A DNA stretch of 64,000 nucleotides from Lingula anatina (Eukaryota; Animalia; Brachiopoda), in the NCBI GenBank assembly GCA_051362555.1, contig CM120645.1:2480001-2544000 (forward strand), read 5' to 3'. Below, piece after piece: positions 23,879 to 35,334 of this stretch. The first letter of the stretch is position 1. The number at the start of each line of letters is the position of its first letter. Made by a program: the position numbers and the translations under genes. Below the pieces are notes generated by a model. It was not told where the DNA came from. It worked only from the letters and a program-made list of their open reading frames with translations, and did no database searches.

Positions 23879-26800
23879 CTGAAAGAGTAAATACAATGAA
23901 ATAAACTAATAATTTTACTACAAACTTTATGTGTGGGGATGGTTGGCTCAAGTCCCAGTTAAAACCCACTACATCACAACAACATGGTACTGTGTTGGAC
24001 CTCTCACATGTAGGAACGTGTGTTAATAAGACAGCGCCTAAGGATTTCATACAGTGTTACATACTACAGCATTACTGTTGAAGTTTTTTAATGACATTCC
24101 CAACAGCAACAACTATGTGACAATGCACAATCAACTAGTTTGTCAAAGATTTTGCAAACTAATGAATAATACCTCATTATACATTGCAATACAGAAACAA
24201 ACAGTAACCGAATTACTGAAAATATTTCACAACTGTTTATCCATAAATTAGTAAGTGATAGAAGAATTTATCTTTTTTAATTTGTTTTTCATACCTTGCT
24301 TCCAGTGTGGTGGGTAGACCAGGTCTGCAGAAATGTATTCACCAGGTTCAGTGCTGTTGCATTGCACTTTCTTTGGCCTGTCAACACCAAGTATTTCAAT
24401 CTCAAAGCGAGTTGGCACCTCATGGTTTATACTTGTACAGTGTGGACACACAAGATATTTGTCATAAGACACCCCAGGCCAGTCCTCTTTGATAATCGCC
24501 ATGAGGTCATCATGGGCACGAGAGAGAACTGGCCACATCTCTAAAAGATCTGATCCTCGGATGGCTATAGTGATGACCCAATCTGTGGTACTGTTGGCCA
24601 TTTCAAGCTGTTGACGTCTCTCCTCTCGAGACAGCTGCATTTTGCAACTTTGAAGCTGTGCATACACTCCATCCTTCCAATCTATATGCTTGGTCTTCGT
24701 ACGTGCAAGGTACTTGTGTTGACGAACAGATAGTTTTTCATATATGCCTTCTGGACATTGGAATGGAAAATGGACCTCCAGAGCTAGTTGTGTGGTGTCT
24801 GAAGAAACCTTGCTGGGCCATTTCTCATCCACCTCAAGCTGTCTCTCCTGAGTGAGAAGCCATGGAAAGTGAAATAAGATGCTGGATGGAACCAATGGAT
24901 CCTTGACTTTGTAGCATAGCTCCAGTTTTTGCATCAGTTCTACCATGACATCAGTTTCAGTGGTTGATAATCTGAAAGGCTCACAGAAGCAGTCCATTGC
25001 TTCTCTGGAAATGATGCCTCTGTTGAAGATGTCATCTTGGATTATTTTTGCTTTAGGTTCTGATATACTCATGGACTGTTGGAGTTTGGACCAAACAGCA
25101 TCACTATCATGATTGAGGACTGCTTTGAGGACATTGGCAAGAACTTCTTGCTTGTGAAACACAACTTTCTTCAGAGTAGGGCTTGAATCAAACCAAATGA
25201 TGTCTCCACGGTCAGCAAGAAAACTTAAAATATCGCGTGTTGCCAAATCAATGTCTTCTTTGGAAGTGTTATTCTCTTTCCAGGATGCTGGGGCAGACTG
25301 TAGAATGATGTCTTGTGTCTTGTCCCAGTCTAGTGTATTGTCAAAGCCTTCATATTTCTTGATGCGAAGATTCTTGGCAGCATCAACCCACATTTCTGGT
25401 AAAACAACAACACGCTTTCTTGCAACAGTAGTAAGGTAGTTTTGTAGTTCTTCAATTCCCTCCATGGTCTTGGAACTTACTCTGAAAATGTCATCATGGA
25501 TGTCCATGACTTGGTGTTGTAAGGACTTCAGTTTACTCTTCTTGTCTTCATAGGCTTGAAGGATAGATGTTTGGGTTCCATCTGTGTCCAGAATTTTTTT
25601 CTCAATGCTCTTTATTTGAGACCCGTACCATTTCTGTTTCTTCTGCCTGTGTTCTTCCAGTTTGCTTTTTACAATAGAACATTTTGCACTGTAGGCTTCG
25701 ACTTGATCAATGTGAGTTCCCACTACTGCCATCTTTATACCTGGCATTTGTGCTTGCACCTTGTCAATCCAGTTTCCAATGTAGAGCTGATAATGTGCTT
25801 TATTTTCTGGATCATATTCTGATAGGTCAAATGTGATGAGGACCAAGCTGCGTTTGGAAATGAAAATGGGATGACCAATTTTGTAGACATCATGTCCACC
25901 AAAGTCATTGATATTGAAACCAATGTCTTGGTCAGTCTCCCATGTCCCTTGTTCTACCACTCTTGTCCTGTCTGCTGACTCTGTGAGTGTTGACTTTCCT
26001 CTCTGCAATGTGTGAGAGAGACTAGTTTTCCCTGCTTCTGTTTCTCCAAGCAAGTTGATCTGTATTCTACTTGACCGGATTGCCTTGGTGGTGGTTAATG
26101 CTTCAAAATACCTTTTGATTGCATCAAGCCCTCTGTCAGCAATGCGCTCTGGTGGTTGTAACAGTGGATTCCCCCTCAACGTCAATTCCACCAAATTTTT
26201 CATATTCCCTATCGGAGGTGGCAGGTGGGTGATGTTATTGGACCTCAGATCCAGTGATTCCAGTCCAATCATTGAAATGATATCTGCTGGTATATCAGAT
26301 ATCTGGTTGTCATGCAGTCCCAGCTTCTTTAGCTTAGTCATGCTACACAGTGCTGTGGGGAATGTAATGAAAGCATTCTGATGGAGAAACAATTCTTCAA
26401 GCTCTGTAAACTCACTGATGTCCACTGGTACGTCAGATATCTGGTTCTTCCTTAGGTCCAGCAACTTAAGTTTAGCCATGTCACACAGTACTGTTGGGAA
26501 TGCAGTAAAGCAATTGCTATCAAGCCAGAACCATCTAAGCCCTGTCATATGTTTGATTTCAACTGGTATGTTAGACAGCTTGTTGCCTTTTGATAACAGT
26601 GTCCCCAGGTTAGTCATGTTAAACAGTGCTGTGGGAAATGTATTGAATTTATTAAAACTAATATCAAATCTTTGAAGGCCCGTCATACCACTGATCTTCA
26701 ATGGTAAGTCAGATAGATGGTTGCTGCTCAGGTTTAGGTCTTGTAGCTTAGCCAAGCCATACAATGCTATGGGAAATGTAGTAAAAGCATTGTTTGATAG

Positions 26801-27055
26801 GTCCAAGTAAGTGAGGAGTGACAGGTTGGATATGGACTGAGGTAAAGAAGATAACTTGTTATGAGGAGCAAATAGAAAACGAACATTAGCACACCTGCCA
26901 ATAGACTCGGGTAGGTTGTCTCCAGGCATAACAGCCATATCAAGAAGAAGGTCAGTCCATTCTTTCACAATGTCTGGTGTGTCGGACTGTGGAGACAACT
27001 CAAGTCTACGTAAGAGATCAAAACCCCCCCTTCCTGCTACTACTCTGCCAGTCAT
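23631..27055 (-). CDS. MFHAS1-like ROCO protein copy 2: LRR(12)-ROC-COR-CARD-like, exons 27055-24295 and 23878-23631 (~1002 aa)
   Basis: GETEAGKTS, DFGG, THID, CPHC, LVYPP. Donor CAAG|gtatga at 24295 and acceptor tttcag|TA at 23878 give an in-frame phase-1 join. Confidence 0.88.
24295..27055 (-). CDS. Main LRR-ROC-COR exon of ROCO copy 2
   Basis: 2761-nt open exon. Confidence 0.9.
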
Positions 27056-30000
27056 GTCTGAGGAGGGTTGATGTCTATGTTACCATTAGATTGCCAGGGG
27101 AGATTTCAGTGACTTTAGTTGCATGTTTCAATTTCTTACCATAGTTATATAATTATATGAAATTTATTTTCTTTTCTACTTTCATGACCTCTCTTCCAAA
27201 GATAGTAGTAGTTAACAAAATGCTCTTTTCTGTCCTTTCTTTTCTATGATGACGTCTCAAATTATTCACCTATAATGAAAAAATAACATAAATTAAGAGT
27301 AATTTTTTATTTCATAATTAACAGTTTGTATAAATACTACTAGTATGAAAAGTATCTTGTTCACTGGTCAAGTTGGTTTGAAGTAAATTACAACTAGTAA
27401 ATACCAAAAATGTAAGGAAAAAGAAAACATCTGTTCAAGTTTCTAAATTTCTGCAGAAGTAAATAATTTTAAAATGGTCTTCTTCAGTTTTCCATCAAAA
27501 AAAAAAAAAAAAAAAAAAAGGAAAGAAAGAAAGAAAAAAGGCACATAATTTACTAGTACCTTGCAGTAAAATAGAAAATGAACTGCTACTCAAAATTCTT
27601 AAACATATATATGCTTTTCAATTTTATATGACCACTTAATTAACTCTTTAAAATATCCTTGCAAAGTGAATACAAAAATTCATAGCATTATTTTAAATTG
27701 TACATTACCTAGACTTTGTTGAACATGGCAAAATTTAGTGTGTAAAGCCCTGCTACATGTTGTTGGATGTGTATGTCACTAGATCCCCTCTATTGTCTTT
27801 TTCGCAGGTGGGAAAATGGTGTCCACTTTCACAAAAACACCTGTGGTAAACAAGTATCATGTGAGTAAGTTTCAGTCGTAATAATAATAAAAGTAAAAAA
27901 AAATAATAATGAAAGTTCTTTAAAATTGCATTCCATGCATGACTAAGTACTGTGCAATAACAAAAGTGTCATACAAAAAATGAGAGACCAACTATTTGGG
28001 CATCTAAAAGTCTAGTAACGTAGAGAAAGCCCAAATTACCTATCTATACCCTGTTATATAAAATGACCTCATAGAAGAACTAAATAATTATAGATAGCAT
28101 AACATGATAAAACAACAGTTCAGGTAAAAAAATTGGCAGAAACAACTATTTGACCTACCTGTTTGTAATTGATGAAATTGGATTTTTCCTGAGGACAATT
28201 ATTTTTTTCCCCATCGAAAAGATCACAGGAGTGATGAATCTTACTCCTTACAACTTCGATGAAATTGTTTATATTTTAACTGATTACAGTCATTAATTAC
28301 AAGTATAGTAGGAATGGTGGTCTGCAAGCTAGAAAACAGGATATATATAGCCGTACTTGGACCTCATTCCTGTCACACTGTCTTTTTCCAAACATACAAT
28401 ATATGTACTGGTACAGTGCACATACTCATACAGATAAACTGCCCTCCCTATAATTTGTGATAATATATATATATATATATCAGAGCCTTCAGTGCTGCAT
28501 TTTGTGGCACACAAGTAAATATCACCATTTTAAAACTGAATATCACTGATTATATACCGTATTTGAGCTCTATCACGCCATATCTACTATGTACTATAGT
28601 GTTATTTTCCTTTTTTACCTTTTTTACAAATCATTGATCCAAAACTCCATTCCTGGAGGAGAGTTATTGATCAAATCCTTAACAGTTACATGTACTTCTT
28701 TTAAAAAATTCTTGGCCTTGCTACCTGTAGATATGGTGAAAAAGGCTCCTGTCTAATCCATGCAGCTGTTTGTGTAAATTAAAGTATGAAAGTCACTGAT
28801 AAACTTACCAGAAACTCTTTTTGCTGTGAACAGTGATAAAACTTCAGGTAATGTGGACTCTGATTTCTCCTCCCCTAATGTTTCTTCACTGGAACTTGAT
28901 TTGGATTTGAAAACTAACTGGTAGGCTTAATTTTTCTGGAAAAGATGTCGAGTGGCAGTGAAAGTACACCATGTAGCTATTCACGAGGAAAACAATATGA
29001 GATTTATGACAGTCATGTTAACTTTTTTTTTCTCCTGTCCAGGTGTTGAGGGGGATGAACTTGTTTACATATTCAATAAACTGACTAAAGTCACTGCTTA
29101 CAAGTGTAGCAGGAATGGTAGTCTGCTAGCTAGAAAATATAGTGCATTTACCAGTACTCAGACCTCATTACACTGGGCTATAACCCTACACCATTAGTCT
29201 GTATCAGGCATCATTTGGTGCCTGGTCTTCCATCCCTAAGACTACCATTCCCGTCTCACTGTCATATTTCAAACAATATACTCAGACAGTGTACATAGTT
29301 GGTAAAAGAGACAAAAAAATAATAACAAAGTTACCTATTATCAATGTGCATTTAGTATTTCTATTTAAATATAAGTTGGCAGGGGTAGTAGGAACCCTTT
29401 AGGCCTTGTTTTTTTTTTTCTTAATGTGATATTTCGGCACATTTGTGTAACAACAAGAAACCTCAAAACCTTCCCTGTTATTTAAAGAAGCTTCATAAAA
29501 ACACTTATAAAATTATAGATACTTATTAAAGCAGCAGTTCAGGTAAAAAAATGTCAAAAAAAAACTGTTTGACCTTCCTGTTTACCTTGCATTAGTATGT
29601 AAGTCCTAAATTGTTGAATTTTTTTTCACAAATCACAATTCTTATATAAAAAAATGTTCCTTCAAAACTATATTATACAGGTACGTATGCTTCTGCTTTT
29701 TAACTTACCTGGGCTGGTTAATTTTCCAAGAAGTAACGTAAGTTGAGGTGTTTATCCCCACAGCATAAAGTTTGTTGTGACTGTTGCTAGGCACTGGTAC
29801 ATTCTTTGCAGGTAGGAAAAAATGGCTTCCACAGGCACACCCAAGGTCAAAATCATGTGACTGAATCAGTACATTCAAAAGCTTTGTTTCCTCCATTTGT
29901 CATTAAAAATCCACAAGTGTTTTAATCTGATGTTGAAAAAACAAATTAAAGCATGACTTTGGCAACTCTTCTGAACAAATGTTCCCATTTTTATATTTAA

Positions 30001-30229
30001 GTCCACATCATTGAAGAATTAATGTTTTCCTTTTGTAAGAAAAGATGCCATTGTAATTTTCTTCTCTACCACAATTTCATTGCTGAAGTGCAGTAGCATC
30101 CATGAGAAGAATGTTTATTGAGGGAAGGATGTAAATGATTTGAAATATCACTTAAAGTTTTTTGAAGAAACGGAAAAAATTCAAATTTATAGAAGTCCTT
30201 CTTTTGTTATGGTCTTTCTTTATGAATAA

Positions 30230-31160
30230 CACATTTTATAAGCATTTAATTTTATTTTCTTTATTTATATAAAATATTTCATACAACATATTTACTATAA
30301 GGCTTACAATTTAAAAAAAAAGGAAAAATGAAATAGATTATTTAATGGAATAGTAGAAGGAGAAGAAGGGGACAAGAACAAATCAAGTTACATCTTTTTA
30401 AAGAAGAAACATGCTTTTTACTGCCATCGTTATTGATATTTTAAAACAATTCAAAAGGTGCATGCACCCACACACACACCAAATCCCAACACAAAGTAAT
30501 CCTATTTGGGGAAGTTGAGAAGAGTACCACTCATCTATAACTATATTCTATACAATTATGAGTATAATATCAAAATAAGTGGATATTATCACATAATCCT
30601 GTCCTTCCTGTCTGTGATCTATACAACATCATGGAGAAGTACAGAATGGTACAGTTTGTACACATCTGTTTGTTAGCTGGTAATTATCACACCCAAGCTA
30701 CACTGGAGATAATATTCATTTAATACTTTGTTTTATATCTATTCTATATACAATTGACCAAAAAAGTTCTGAAACATTAAATTATTTTTCAATAATTTAA
30801 AAAAACTGTAATCTAATGGGAAAATCTTCAGTGTATGTAAAAAGTAATGTGGGTGCATTATCCATCAATATTTGGTTAAAATATTTACCTTAACTCATAC
30901 AGTTTCTTAATAATTATTCAAAATAACAATGTCTCTGATTTGGCAAGGTGTATGTACAAAAATCAGACCACCCAGAGTTTCAAAGTTTCCAGAAAACTAA
31001 CCTCTATATATTATCAGCCATTTCCAGTGACTGCTGGATGACAGAGGGTAGCTTACAGTAAACTATAAAACCTAGGGTGCAGGAGAACCTCCTTTACTTA
31101 TTGTACATATTTTAAAAAAGACCCGATTTCTTTGGAAATTACCATATCAGCAGATTAATG
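30230..31160 (-). mobile_element. Possible highly decayed L1/Tx1-like LINE 3' fragment
   Basis: Broken minus-strand peptides resembling IW..K.RV..KGG..P and a W.N..I motif, ending in an A-rich tail near 30250. Very degenerate. Confidence 0.25.
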
Positions 31161-31951
31161 TACACAAATACCATGGAAAGTTCTATCAACCCTGGTGACA
31201 GTGAAGTTTATATGGCACCCACTGAAAATGGAGATTAAGCGGGTTTTGTCCTTTTCTGAAAGTTCCCATTTATATGGCACAATAACACAAATTAAAATAT
31301 TAATATTTATAGCGAGTTTCTTTATCTATGAGATATGTAATAATCATCTGATACTTGTGCTCTCTTCATTAAACATGTCTTATAAAAAAAAAAAGAGTCA
31401 AAACTTCCATAAAGGAAAAAAATTCCCTACTTAAACTACAAATAAAATGCTATGAAAACACTTCAAAATCATAAAACGTATAAATCAGACACTTAGAACA
31501 TCCCTATATACATGTACAATATAATAAAATGTATCACAGATTTCTGCATCATGTCTAATAGCACATTAAATATCCAGATTGTTATTTGTGCTTTCATTTT
31601 AAAACATAATTTAGTTGTGTCTGTGTGCTAATTTGTCCACAACTTGCCAATATTTCTTATCCTCTTTTCAGTAGATAACAATGTCATCAGTGGAATAGAA
31701 TGTTTTAGCTGAAACTGAGTAATATAAAATTTGGGCAATGAGTATAATCTTGAAATTGTCATCAATTCTTCATATCTGAACATTTGCCTCTGACTGACCA
31801 TTGCAGTGTCTTTATTCTTGACAATGTGCACAGCTCTCGTAAGTTAACATTTTCCACATCATGTCTGAGAAGTCATTTAGGCATTGGGAACTGTGTTCTT
31901 CATTTTTCTTTTTTCAAGTTTATCACATAGCACAGTGTCCTTAGGTATTCC

Positions 31952-32199
31952 TTAGTACTTGATCAACTTGAGAAGATCATACCGCTCATGCTCAACAAAA
32001 AACTGACAGAGAATATCAAATGCCTTGTCAGATTTCATGGTCAGGAAGTCTAAGAAGACAGCAGTTTTATCAGGAGATGTCTTAATCCACTCAGATTCAC
32101 GGTCTGTCAGGATGCTTTCTTGGATAAAAACATCAATCAACTCAAAGAGACAAGGTTCTGTGATGTTTTGTTTCAGCTTATTTTTGTTCTTCTTGACAA
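31952..32199 (-). CDS. Terminal CARD-like exon of ROCO copy 3
   Basis: VVKKNKNKLKQNITEPCLFELIDVFIQESILTDRESEWIKTSPDKTAVFLDFLTMKSDKAFDILCQFFVEHERYDLLKLIKY*. Confidence 0.75.
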
Positions 32200-35100
32200 C
32201 TGAAATGCCCAGGTTTGATACAAGAAAATACAATGTTACAATATTGTTGCTGGAGGTCCTACTTGCACATTCAACTGCAATCACTGTATGATGCTCAACC
32301 TAGTTTGGTTAAAATATCAGACTTGGCAAATAAGCGTGCAACATATCGTTATTTTACCCTTTTTAATTAAGAAACAAATAGAAAATACCTTGAAATAAAA
32401 TTTACTAAAGCTCATACCTTCCTGCCAGCTCATTGTCAGGTGTGGTGGGTAGACCAGGTCTGTAGGAATGTAGACACCAGTATTGACACATGGCACCTGT
32501 TTTGGTTTGGAGACGCCACCAAGCAGATAGGTCTGGTCCAGTATCTCTCCAGGGAAGAGTGTGGGATCCTCACAGTTTTCACTTGTACAGTGGGGGCACA
32601 CCAAGTATTTGTCAAAGTACACCCCAGGGCACTCTTCTTTGATGATGTCCATGAGGTCAGCATAAGCACAAGCAAAAACGGACCACATCTTTGAGAGGTC
32701 TGCTCCACGTATAGCTATAGTGATGATCCAGTCCAAGGTGCTGCTAGCAGGATGGTGATGTCTTTCCTGTCGGGAGAAATGAGTTTGACATTCTTGAAGT
32801 TCTGCATACACCCCATCCTTCCAATCAATACGTTTGGTCTTCAAAAGTCCAAGGTACTTGTGCTGACGAACAGACAATTTTTCGTATATGCCTTCTGGAC
32901 ATCTGTATGGAAAATAGTTCTGCAAAGTCAGTTGTGTGGTGCCTGTGGGAACTTTTCTGGGCCATTTTTCATCCAACTCAGGCTGTCTCTCCAGCGTAAG
33001 AAGCCATGGAAAGTGGAATGAGATGCTGGATGGAACCAATGGATCCTCCTGAACTTGATAGCACAACTCCATTTTCTGCATCAGTTCTACCATGACATCA
33101 GCTTCAGTGGTTGATAATCTGAAAGGCTCACATAAGCAGTCCATTGCTTCTCTGGAAATGATGCCTCTGCTGAAGATATCATCATGGATTTTCTTTGCTT
33201 TAGGTTCTGAAATACTCATGGACTGTTGTAGTTTGGCCCGGACAGCATCACTATCGTGATTCAGCACTGCTTTGAGAACATTTGCAAGAACCTCTTGCCT
33301 GTGAAACACAACTTTCTTCAGAGTAGGGCTTGAATCAAACCAAATGATGTCACCACGGTCAGCAAGAAAACTTAAAATGTCGCATGTTGCCAAATCAAGA
33401 CCTTCATTGGAATAATTTCTCTTTTTCCAGGGTGTTGGAGCAGACTGCAGAATAAGGTCTTGTAACTTGTCCCAGCCAAGTGTATTTTCAGAGCCTTCAT
33501 ATTTCTTGGTGCAAACCATGGTGGCAGCATCAACCCACATTTCTGGTAAAATTACAGCACGCTCTTTTGCAACAGTAGTAAGAAAACTTTGTAAACCTTC
33601 AATTCCCTCCATGGTCTTGGAACTCACCCCAAAAATGTCTTCATGGATGTCTATTACTTGGCCTTGTGACGACATCAGTTTCCACTTCTTATCTTGATAG
33701 GCTTGAAGGATAGATGTTTGGGTTTCATCTGTGTTCAGAATTTTCTTCTCAATGCTCTTTATTTGAGACTCATACCATTTTTGTTTTCTCTGCCTGTGGT
33801 TTTCAAACTGTTTTTTAATTATAGAACACTTTGCACTGTAGGCTTCATCTTGATCAATATGAGTTCCCACTACTGCCATCTTTATACCTGGCAATTTTTC
33901 TTGTACCTTGTCAATCCAGTTTCCAATGTAGAGCTGATAATGTGCTTTATTTTCTGGATCATACTCTGATAGGTCAAATGTGATTAGGACCAAGCCGTGT
34001 TTGGAAATGAAAATGGGATGGCCAATTTTGTAGACATCATGTCCGCCAAAGTCATTGATATTGAAAGCAATGTTTTGGTCAGTCTCCCATGTCCCTTGTT
34101 CTACCACTCTTGTCCTGTCTGCTAATGTTGTGAGTGTTGACTTTCCTCTCTGCAATGTGCGAGAGAGACTGGTTTTTCCTACTTCTGTTTCTCCAAGCAA
34201 GTTGACCTGTATTCTGTTTGACAGGATTGCCTCGGTGGTAGTTAATGCTTCAAAATACCTTTTGATTGCATCAAGGCCTCTGACAGCAATATGCTCTGGT
34301 GGTTGTACCAGGGGGTTCCCCCTCACATTTAATTCCACCAAGCTTTTCATATTCCCTATCTGAGGTGGCAGGTGAGTAATATTATTGGACTCCAGATCCA
34401 GTGATTCCAGCCCAGTCATTGAAATGATATCTGCTGGTAAATCAGATATCTGGTTGTTACTCAAGTCCAGCTCCTTTAGGTTAGTCAAGCTACAAAGTGC
34501 TTTGGGGAATGTAGTAAAACAATTCCAACTGAGATCCAATATTCTAAGCCCCGTCATACCACTGACCTCTACTGGTATGTCACATAGCTGGTTGCGATCC
34601 AGGTACAGCTCTGCCAGGTTGGCCAAGCTACACAATGCCACGGGGATTGTAGCGATGCAATTGGCAATGATACTAAATCTTTTAAGCCCTGTCATACCAC
34701 TGATCTCCGCTGGTATGTCAGGTATCTGGTTGGTATTAAGGTACAGCTGCTCTAGGTTTGCCATGCCACACACTGCTGTGGGGAATGCAGTGAAACGATT
34801 ACAATGAAGCCAGAACAGTCTGAGACCAGTCATTCTATTAATTTCAACTGGTATGTCAGATAGCTTACTGTCCGTTAATTCCAGATGCTCTAGGTTAGCC
34901 ATGTTCAGCAACGCTGCTGGGAATGTGGTGAAGGGATTCCCACTGAGATCGAATATTTTGAGCCCAGTCATACCGCTGATCTCCACTGGTAAGTCAGACA
35001 ACTGATTGTCATGCAAGTTCAGGATTTCTAGCTTAGTCATGCCACACAGTACTTTGGGGAATGTAGTGAAAGCATTGGCATAAAGGTCCAACATGGTGAG

Positions 35101-35334
35101 GAAAGACAGGCTGGATATGGACTGTGGTAAAGAAGATAGCCTGTTATTTTGTGCATATATTACACTAACATTGGCACACCTGTCAATGGACTCAGGAAGG
35201 TTGTCTATGTCAGCATGGCTAAAATGAAGGTCAGTCCATTTCAGCACAATGTCTGGTGTCTCAGACTGTGGAGACAACTCAAGTCTACTTAAAAAATCAA
35301 GACTCTCCTTACATGCTACTTTTCTGCCAGCCAT
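31952..35334 (-). CDS. MFHAS1-like ROCO protein copy 3: LRR(14)-ROC-COR-CARD-like, exons 35334-32418 and 32199-31952 (~1054 aa)
   Basis: GETEVGKTS, DFGG, THID, CPHC..FPGE..LVYPP. Donor GAAG|gtatga at 32418 and acceptor tttcag|TT at 32199 join in frame. A 5'-UTR acceptor sits at 35533 and a probable upstream non-coding exon ends at 36181. Confidence 0.88.
32418..35334 (-). CDS. Main LRR-ROC-COR exon of ROCO copy 3
   Basis: 2917-nt open exon. Confidence 0.9.

Noticed and set aside
8473-35334. Calling the ROCO genes LRRK1/LRRK2, DAPK or NLRs
   Set aside because: No kinase, WD40, ankyrin or NACHT/NB-ARC motifs. The ROC coil insertion and the CPHC/FPGE/LVYPP tail point to the MFHAS1-like class. 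No gene symbol is given because these are lineage-specific paralogs.
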